Source: Rhodoferax sp.
GTDB taxonomy: Bacteria > Pseudomonadota > Gammaproteobacteria > Burkholderiales > Burkholderiaceae_C
Length of the DNA: 64,000 nucleotides
NCBI RefSeq assembly: GCF_023700745.1
Contig: NZ_JAMPYG010000004.1
Span: 1,629 to 65,628 of the forward strand
Direction of reading: 5' to 3'
The notes beneath the pieces are model-generated. The model ran no database searches. It was not told where the DNA came from and saw only the letters and a list, made by a program, of their open reading frames with translations. Made by a program: the position numbers and the translations under genes. Positions 58,345 to 64,000 of the stretch are shown here, in pieces. The first letter of the stretch is position 1. Every line of letters begins with the position of its first letter.

Positions 58345-58698
58345 TCAATTCGATTTCCCGCTGTACTTGAGGGTCAGAAAAGCCGGACCCATCAGGTGAA
58401 TTTCGCGTTCATAGAAAAAGCGGACCACCACCTTGTCATTTTCTTTAGTAATCTCCAAGTCTCTTCCGGAAACTGAACTGATGTTGTCAATGCTCGCGGC
58501 CTTGTCAAAGATCATGCGCACTTCGGGAACGGTATTGCCTTCTTTCGCCTTGTTCACGGCTTTCAAGATGGTTTGATATTCCATCACGGTGGGTACCACC
58601 TGGGCGGTCAGCACACCCGCTCCCGCCAGCAGCACCCCGACAAAAAGCACACCGATCATGGTGATGCCGCGCTGGCCGGATTTACAAGAAGAAATCAT
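58345..58698 (-). CDS. DUF4845 domain protein
   Basis: 117 aa with an N-terminal TM helix ([19 protein letters not shown]). It occupies the lepB-rnc interval, as this family does in betaproteobacteria to my recollection. Confidence 0.65.
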   Translation of the reverse strand: MISSCKSGQRGITMIGVLFVGVLLAGAGVLTAQVVPTVMEYQTILKAVNKAKEGNTVPEVRMIFDKAASIDNISSVSGRDLEITKENDKVVVRFFYEREIHLMGPAFLTLKYSGKSN

Positions 58699-58711
58699 GT
58701 CCGTCTCCTGG

Positions 58712-59680
58712 TCAATTGAAAGAGCCGATGCGTTTGAGGTTGCCGAAATTCATCCAGATGAAGAAAGCCTTGCCCACAATGTTCTTGTCGGGCACAAACC
58801 CCCAGTAGCGCGAATCCAGCGAATTGTCGCGGTTGTCGCCCATCATGAAGTAATGCCCCTCGGGTACCTTGCACACCACGCCTTCAATACTGTAGCGGCA
58901 ATTGTTCTTGAATTCAAATTCATCAACACCCGGAATAAAAGCAGGCCGCGCCGGATCGTTAAGCAGGCGATGCGGCTGTGCCCCCAGGGTTTCTTCAAAC
59001 TGAGGAAAGTAACGCATGGTGTCTTCGTCAAAGAACTCAGGCAAGGCGTTGGTGGGCAACGGCTTGCCATTGATTGTCAGTCGCTTGTTGATGTAGGCCA
59101 CTTCATCGCCAGGCACCCCGACCACGCGCTTGATGTAGTCCAGGCTCGGTTTGGGTGGGTAGCGAAACACCATGACATCACCGCGCTGTGGCGGCGTGCC
59201 TTCAGTGATCTTGGTGTTAAGCACCGGCAAGCGCAGCCCGTAATGAAACTTGTTGACCAGAATCAGGTCACCGACCCACAGCGTCGGGATCATGGAACCC
59301 GATGGAATCTTGAAAGGCTCGAACAGGAACGAGCGCAGGATGAAAACGCCAATGATCACCGGGAACAAGCCCGCCGTCCAATCCAGCCACCAGGGCTGTG
59401 CCAGGATGCGCTGCTTACCCTCAGCCAGATCACCGTCAACCTTGCTGATGCCCATTTTGCTGAGTTCGACCTGGCGTGTGATGGCCTGCGCCTCCAGGGC
59501 AGCAGCCGCTTTCTGGCGATTCGGCAAAAAATAAAAGCGCTCAGCAAGCCAGTAGATGCCTGTCACCACGGTGGCCAGGAACAGAAGCAGGGCGAAGTTG
59601 CCTTCGAGTGCCCCCAGATACCAGGCCCCCACATAGCCGACAAAGGCGGCCAGAATCACGGCAGTGATCGCTTGCATCAC
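58712..59680 (-). CDS. lepB: signal peptidase I
   Basis: [10 protein letters not shown] (Ser), [11 protein letters not shown] (Lys) and [14 protein letters not shown] boxes. Start is GTG at 59680 or ATG at 59677. Confidence 0.9.
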   Translation of the reverse strand: MMQAITAVILAAFVGYVGAWYLGALEGNFALLLFLATVVTGIYWLAERFYFLPNRQKAAAALEAQAITRQVELSKMGISKVDGDLAEGKQRILAQPWWLDWTAGLFPVIIGVFILRSFLFEPFKIPSGSMIPTLWVGDLILVNKFHYGLRLPVLNTKITEGTPPQRGDVMVFRYPPKPSLDYIKRVVGVPGDEVAYINKRLTINGKPLPTNALPEFFDEDTMRYFPQFEETLGAQPHRLLNDPARPAFIPGVDEFEFKNNCRYSIEGVVCKVPEGHYFMMGDNRDNSLDSRYWGFVPDKNIVGKAFFIWMNFGNLKRIGSFN

Positions 59681-61488
59681 GCGTCCACCTTCAAAATGGC
59701 GAGGAAGGCCTCTTGCGGCACTTCGACCGAACCAATTTGCTTCATACGTTTCTTGCCTTCCTTCTGTTTTTCCAGCAGCTTGCGCTTACGGGAGATGTCG
59801 CCGCCATAACACTTGGCGATCACGTTTTTGCGCAGCGCCTTGATGGTTTCGCGCGCAATGATGTTGGCACCGATGGCTGCCTGAATGGCCACGTCGTACA
59901 TCTGGCGCGAGATCACTTCGCGCATCTTGGCCACCACCGCGCGGCCGCGGTACTGCGACTGGGAACGGTGCACGATGATCGACAGCGCGTCGACCTTCTC
60001 GCCGTTGAGCAAGATGTCGACCTTGACGACGTCGGCCGGGCGGTATTCCTTGAACTCGTAGTCCATCGAGGCATAACCACGCGAGACGCTTTTGAGTTTG
60101 TCAAAAAAGTCCATCACGATCTCACCCAGCGGCATGTCGTAGGTGAGCACGACCTGGCGCCCCTTGTAGGCCATGTTGAGTTGCACGCCGCGCTTCTGGT
60201 TGCACAAGGTCATGACCGGCCCGACATATTCCTGCGGCATGTACAGGTGGACGGTGACGATGGGTTCACGGATTTCGTCCAGACGACCCTGGTCGGGCAT
60301 TTTGGACGGGTTTTCCACCATCTTGACCTCACCGTCGACCGACACCACCTGGTAAACCACGCTCGGCGCGGTGGTGATCAGGTCCTGGTCAAATTCGCGC
60401 TCAAGCCGCTCCTGCACAATTTCCATGTGCAGCAGGCCTAAAAAGCCGCATCGGAAACCAAAACCCAGGGCTTGCGAAACTTCTGGCTCGTAGTGCAGCG
60501 AGGCGTCGTTGAGCTTGAGCTTTTCCAGGCTGTCGCGCAGACCTTCGTACTGGTTGGCCTCGGTCGGATACAGGCCGGCAAAGACCTGCGGCTGGATTTC
60601 CTTGAAACCCGGCAAAGGCTCGGTGGCCGTGAACGCCGCGCCGCCGCTGCCGGCTTTGATCAGGGTGATGGTATCGCCCACTTTGGCGGCCTGCAGTTCG
60701 CGGATACCGGCAATGATATAGCCCACCTCGCCGGCTTCAAGGGCCTGGCGCGGCTCGTTGGCCGGCGTAAAAACACCCAAACTGTCGGCGTTGTAGGTGG
60801 TCTCGGTGGCCATGAGCTTGATGCGCTCACCCTTGGCCAGGCGGCCATCGACCACGCGCACCAGCATGACCACGCCGACGTACGGATCAAACCAGCTGTC
60901 AATGATCATGGCGCGCAAGGGGCCGTTCGGATTGCCTTTGGGTGGCGGTATGCGGGCCACCACGGCTTCCAGAATGTCGTCAATGCCCATGCCACTCTTG
61001 GCCGAGCAGGCGATCGCCTCGGAGGCGTCAATCCCGATCACGTCCTCAATTTCAGAGCGGGCGTTGTCAGGGTCGGCGTTGGGCAGGTCCATCTTGTTCA
61101 ACACCGGCACCACTTCCACCCCGAGATCGAGCGCGGTGTAGCAATTGGCTACCGTTTGCGCTTCGACACCCTGACTGGCATCGACCACCAGCAAGGCCCC
61201 TTCACAAGCCGACAGGGAACGGCTGACCTCGTAGGAAAAGTCCACATGGCCGGGGGTGTCGATCAGATTGAGGTTGTAAACCTGACCGTCGCGGGCTTTG
61301 TAATGCAGCGCCGCAGTTTGCGCCTTGATGGTGATGCCGCGCTCTTTTTCGATGTCCATCGAGTCGAGCACCTGGGCTTCCATTTCGCGTTCCTGCAAAC
61401 CACCACAACGCTGGATCAGACGGTCGGCCAGCGTGGACTTGCCATGGTCAATGTGGGCAATGATGGAGAAATTTCTGATGTGATGCAT
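59677..61488 (-). CDS. lepA: translation elongation factor 4
   Basis: [21 protein letters not shown]. Full-length LepA with the characteristic C-terminal domain. Confidence 0.97.
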   Translation of the reverse strand: MHHIRNFSIIAHIDHGKSTLADRLIQRCGGLQEREMEAQVLDSMDIEKERGITIKAQTAALHYKARDGQVYNLNLIDTPGHVDFSYEVSRSLSACEGALLVVDASQGVEAQTVANCYTALDLGVEVVPVLNKMDLPNADPDNARSEIEDVIGIDASEAIACSAKSGMGIDDILEAVVARIPPPKGNPNGPLRAMIIDSWFDPYVGVVMLVRVVDGRLAKGERIKLMATETTYNADSLGVFTPANEPRQALEAGEVGYIIAGIRELQAAKVGDTITLIKAGSGGAAFTATEPLPGFKEIQPQVFAGLYPTEANQYEGLRDSLEKLKLNDASLHYEPEVSQALGFGFRCGFLGLLHMEIVQERLEREFDQDLITTAPSVVYQVVSVDGEVKMVENPSKMPDQGRLDEIREPIVTVHLYMPQEYVGPVMTLCNQKRGVQLNMAYKGRQVVLTYDMPLGEIVMDFFDKLKSVSRGYASMDYEFKEYRPADVVKVDILLNGEKVDALSIIVHRSQSQYRGRAVVAKMREVISRQMYDVAIQAAIGANIIARETIKALRKNVIAKCYGGDISRKRKLLEKQKEGKKRMKQIGSVEVPQEAFLAILKVDA

Positions 61489-61523
61489 CCAAGAAACCGA
61501 TGTAAAGAGTGATTGAGCAACAG

Positions 61524-61554
61524 AAAAAAGGGCGCGTTCCAGAGAGACGCGCCC
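61524..61554 (-). terminator. rho-independent terminator-like hairpin 35 nt upstream of lepA
   Basis: On the minus strand, GGGCGCGT-loop9-ACGCGCCC is followed by TTTTTT (61524-61529). Confidence 0.65.
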
Positions 61555-61628
61555 CGAACCAAACGGATTGGCTATACCAAACTTAAGTGCCCGATTGTAA
61601 TTAAGTCAGGCAGTACCCATCCGACATG

Positions 61629-61674
61629 CCTTGCGGGTCAGACCACTGGCGTAGCGACGTGCTCTGAACCCAAC
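61629..61674 (+). repeat. REP-like hairpin element, family A, copy 3 (diverged)
   Basis: CCTTGCGGGTCAGACCACTGGCGTAGCGACGTGCTCTGAACCCAAC. A few substitutions relative to copy 1. Confidence 0.75.
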
Positions 61675-61683
61675 CGTTTAATA

Positions 61684-61733
61684 CCTTGCGGGTCAGACCA
61701 CTCGCGCAGCGATGTGCTCTGACCCCAACTGAT
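61684..61733 (+). repeat. REP-like hairpin element, family A, copy 4
   Basis: 49 of 50 nt identical to copy 1. As with copy 1, its last base is the first base of a stop-codon complement (degP). Confidence 0.8.
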
Positions 61734-63205
61734 TAGGGATTGAACCGGATCACCGTGTACTGGGCCCAGTCGCCGCGACGGTAGAGGATATTGACGGGTT
61801 TGGATTTGTCCAGATCAGCGACAATTTTTTCAAAACCGGCCACACTGGCCACCGCCACGTTGGCCACCGACAGAATCACGTCACCCTGGCGCAAACCCGC
61901 GCGCGCGGCCGCACCGCTGGCGGCATTGACCTGCACGCCACCTTTGATCTTCAACTCTTTCTTGACGGCATCGGTCAAATCGCTCAATTCAAGGCCCATC
62001 GCCTGAGCCATTTTGGATTCTTTTGGTGTTTTCTCTGGCGTTTTTGCGGCTGTTTTTTCAGCCTCGATCTCGGCAATGGTGACTGTCAGGTCTTTGCTTG
62101 CGCCACGTCGAAACACCGTCAGATTGCTTTTGACACCCGGCTTGGTGCCACCCACCATGCGCGGCAGATCGCTGGATTTTTCAACTTTCTTGCCATCGAA
62201 TTTGATGATGATGTCACCGGCTTCAACGCCCGCCTTGTCGGCCGGACCACCGGTTTCGACGCCGCGCACCAGCGCGCCATAAGGCGTACCCAGGCCGTTC
62301 GTCTCGGCCACCTCCTTGGTCACCTGTTCAATTTGCACGCCAATACGGCCCCGCGTCACGCGCCCGGTGGCACGCAGTTGTTCGCTCACGCGCACGGCTT
62401 CATCCATCGGGATCGAGAAAGAAATACCCATGGAGCCGCCCGAGCGGGAATAAATCTGGCTGTTGATGCCGACCACTTCACCACGCATGTTGATCAGCGG
62501 CCCGCCCGAGTTGCCCGGGTTGATGGCCACGTCGGTCTGGATAAAGGGCAAATAGTCCCCGGTGTCGCGCTGCTTGGCGCTCACAATGCCGGCCGTCACC
62601 GAGTTTTCCAGGCCAAACGGTGAACCAATTGCCATCACCCACTCACCCACCTTGAGCCGGCTCACATCCCCCACCTTGACCGCAGGCAGGCCGGCGGCCT
62701 CAATCTTGACCACCGCCACGTCGCTGCGCTTGTCGGCACCAATGATCTTGGCTTTGAATTCGCGCTTGTCGGTGAGTGTCACGATGACTTCGTCAGCCCC
62801 ATCGACCACATGGGCATTGGTCATGATCATGCCGTCCGAGGTCAGAATGAAGCCAGAACCGACACCGCGCGGTTGCTCTTCCTGGTTGGGTTGCTGGCCA
62901 TGTCCGGGTGGCGGGCTTTGCCGCGGGCCATTGGGAATATTGGGGATAGGCAAGCCAAAACGGCGGAAAAACTCCAGCATGTCCGGATCGAACTGGCCAC
63001 CTGGCGCCGACCGGGGCGAAACTTTTTCCAGCGTCCGGATATTGACCACTGACGGCCCTACCTGCTCCACCAGGTCGGTAAAGTCAGGCAATACGCGCAC
63101 TTGGGCAACAGCCGGAGTCATGGGCAACAGCACCGTGGATACCGTGGCAGCCAGAGCGGTACTGAGGGCACAGGCAGACAAAGCTTTAAAGTTGAATCGA
63201 ATCAT
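61733..63205 (-). CDS. Do/DegP/MucD family periplasmic serine endoprotease with two PDZ domains
   Basis: TNAHVV (His), D, and GNSGGPL (Ser) triad contexts. Signal peptide begins at MIRFNFKAL. An alternative ATG at 63247 overlaps the mucB stop (ATGA). Confidence 0.9.
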   Translation of the reverse strand: MIRFNFKALSACALSTALAATVSTVLLPMTPAVAQVRVLPDFTDLVEQVGPSVVNIRTLEKVSPRSAPGGQFDPDMLEFFRRFGLPIPNIPNGPRQSPPPGHGQQPNQEEQPRGVGSGFILTSDGMIMTNAHVVDGADEVIVTLTDKREFKAKIIGADKRSDVAVVKIEAAGLPAVKVGDVSRLKVGEWVMAIGSPFGLENSVTAGIVSAKQRDTGDYLPFIQTDVAINPGNSGGPLINMRGEVVGINSQIYSRSGGSMGISFSIPMDEAVRVSEQLRATGRVTRGRIGVQIEQVTKEVAETNGLGTPYGALVRGVETGGPADKAGVEAGDIIIKFDGKKVEKSSDLPRMVGGTKPGVKSNLTVFRRGASKDLTVTIAEIEAEKTAAKTPEKTPKESKMAQAMGLELSDLTDAVKKELKIKGGVQVNAASGAAARAGLRQGDVILSVANVAVASVAGFEKIVADLDKSKPVNILYRRGDWAQYTVIRFNP

Positions 63206-63243
63206 GATCGGCCTTTTTAAAAAACACACAGAAATCTGGAGAC

Positions 63244-64000
63244 TCATTTGTTTCTTTCAAGCCCCTGGACAAAAATAGCCAGGGTTGTTGACGGTACCTC
63301 GCCCACGGCCGTGATCCACCAGGACCCCAGGCGCCGCGTCAGCATATGGGTGGCACCAATGGCAAGCGACTCGTGCGGCACCATGTCGCGATGTCGTGCA
63401 GCATCAAAGTTTTCTATGAACAGCGACACCGACGCCAGACCATCCGAAAAAACCCATTGCAAGGTATTGGCGCTGGCCCCTGATTGCGCTGCGCTCACCC
63501 GCTTCTGGCAAGCCATGGATTGAAACCCAGCCACCTGGCCGTTGAACAACCAGCCTTCCTGGGCAGCCGTGGTTTTGACCAGTTCCGGCTTGAGCACCTT
63601 GAACCCCTCTGTGTTGTCCATCAGTGCCGCCAGCCTGGCCATGCTGACCGGTTCGCCCAGCTGCAATTCTGAAAATGCAGCCTGCTCCAGCACCCCCTGG
63701 GTCGCATCAAGGGTTTGCAGCTTGAGCACCACACCGGTTTCCCGTTCAGTCCAGACCCGGTAGCCAAATCGGAGGGTATCCACCGGCACCAGTTGCACCA
63801 CATCAGAAACCAGGCCTGCAACGCGTTCACGCCCCAGAACTTTCAGGCCGTAAAACCGGGCAATCGATGAATCGGCCCGGTTCAGCAAATTGGGAAACAG
63901 ACCGAACGACTCGCGGGTTTCAGAAATGACCAGTCGGCGCTCAGGCAAGAACGTCACCACCTGGTTATTTCGGCGAAACGTGGTACGGGCCACACCGGTA
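63244..64000 (-). CDS. sigma-E regulatory protein MucB/RseB, C-terminal about 250 aa (5' end outside window)
   Basis: The frame stays open to the window edge. LRFGYRVWTERETGVVLKLQTLD and following regions resemble RseB/MucB. Position upstream of the DegP/MucD gene. Confidence 0.8.
   Translation of the reverse strand, partial: TGVARTTFRRNNQVVTFLPERRLVISETRESFGLFPNLLNRADSSIARFYGLKVLGRERVAGLVSDVVQLVPVDTLRFGYRVWTERETGVVLKLQTLDATQGVLEQAAFSELQLGEPVSMARLAALMDNTEGFKVLKPELVKTTAAQEGWLFNGQVAGFQSMACQKRVSAAQSGASANTLQWVFSDGLASVSLFIENFDAARHRDMVPHESLAIGATHMLTRRLGSWWITAVGEVPSTTLAIFVQGLERNK

Noticed and set aside
1-64000. CRISPR arrays, rRNA, prophage, toxin-antitoxin or recognisable defence systems.
   Set aside because: I scanned both strands and all intergenic gaps. 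There are no spacer-repeat arrays, no rRNA-like segments, and no nuclease, methylase, ATPase or abortive-infection-type gene pairs. The small gene pairs present (yciH-DUF3820, fis-dusB) are conserved housekeeping arrangements.

Overview
GC-rich chromosomal segment whose proteins and gene order look betaproteobacterial, probably Comamonadaceae/Burkholderiales; that assignment is inference from protein resemblance, not a search. I call about 65 protein genes, one tRNA with a CAU anticodon, and several intergenic repeat or hairpin elements. I saw no rRNA, CRISPR array, transposase, integrase or phage genes.

Most of the window is conserved housekeeping:
- wrbA-doxX-pirin-pirin, then cobA and an ArsR-family regulator.
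- yqgE-ruvX-pyrR-pyrB-pyrC', phrB, rubredoxin, hemL, purH, fis-dusB and ychF.
- ubiH-like, dsbC, an M61 peptidase, a DEAD-box helicase, miaB and a TRAP transporter.
- yciH, nagZ, and the long mucB-degP / lepA-lepB-rnc-era-recO-pdxJ-acpS block.

The one clearly accessory-looking region is 29.7-45.1 kb, next to the tRNA. It holds 14 tightly packed co-directional genes:
- a Tat-exported solute-binding protein and a CUT1-type ABC importer;
- a CoxMSL-like molybdenum hydroxylase that lacks the CO-dehydrogenase active-site motif;
- a HIBADH-family dehydrogenase, a membrane-anchored CoxG, L-serine dehydratase and an M20D amidohydrolase;
- XdhC and MocA maturation factors.

A NIPSNAP gene and a divergent TetR regulator precede the operon, with a perfect 18-bp palindrome and a related second site as candidate operators. 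I cannot match this combination to any pathway I know, so it is my best candidate for an undescribed catabolic system. Its substrate cannot be read from the sequence.

Secondary observations:
- a roughly 50-nt REP-like hairpin family in four copies, two of them bracketing yciH-DUF3820 in inverted orientation;
- three other structured intergenic elements;
- two large c-di-GMP proteins with degenerate GGDEF but intact EAL motifs;
- an ABC permease/ATPase pair arranged head to head with no binding-protein gene.

Many long ORFs in the track are antisense shadows of real genes, typical of GC-rich DNA, and were rejected. The track also uses GTG/TTG starts, so several 5' ends were re-picked by hand.
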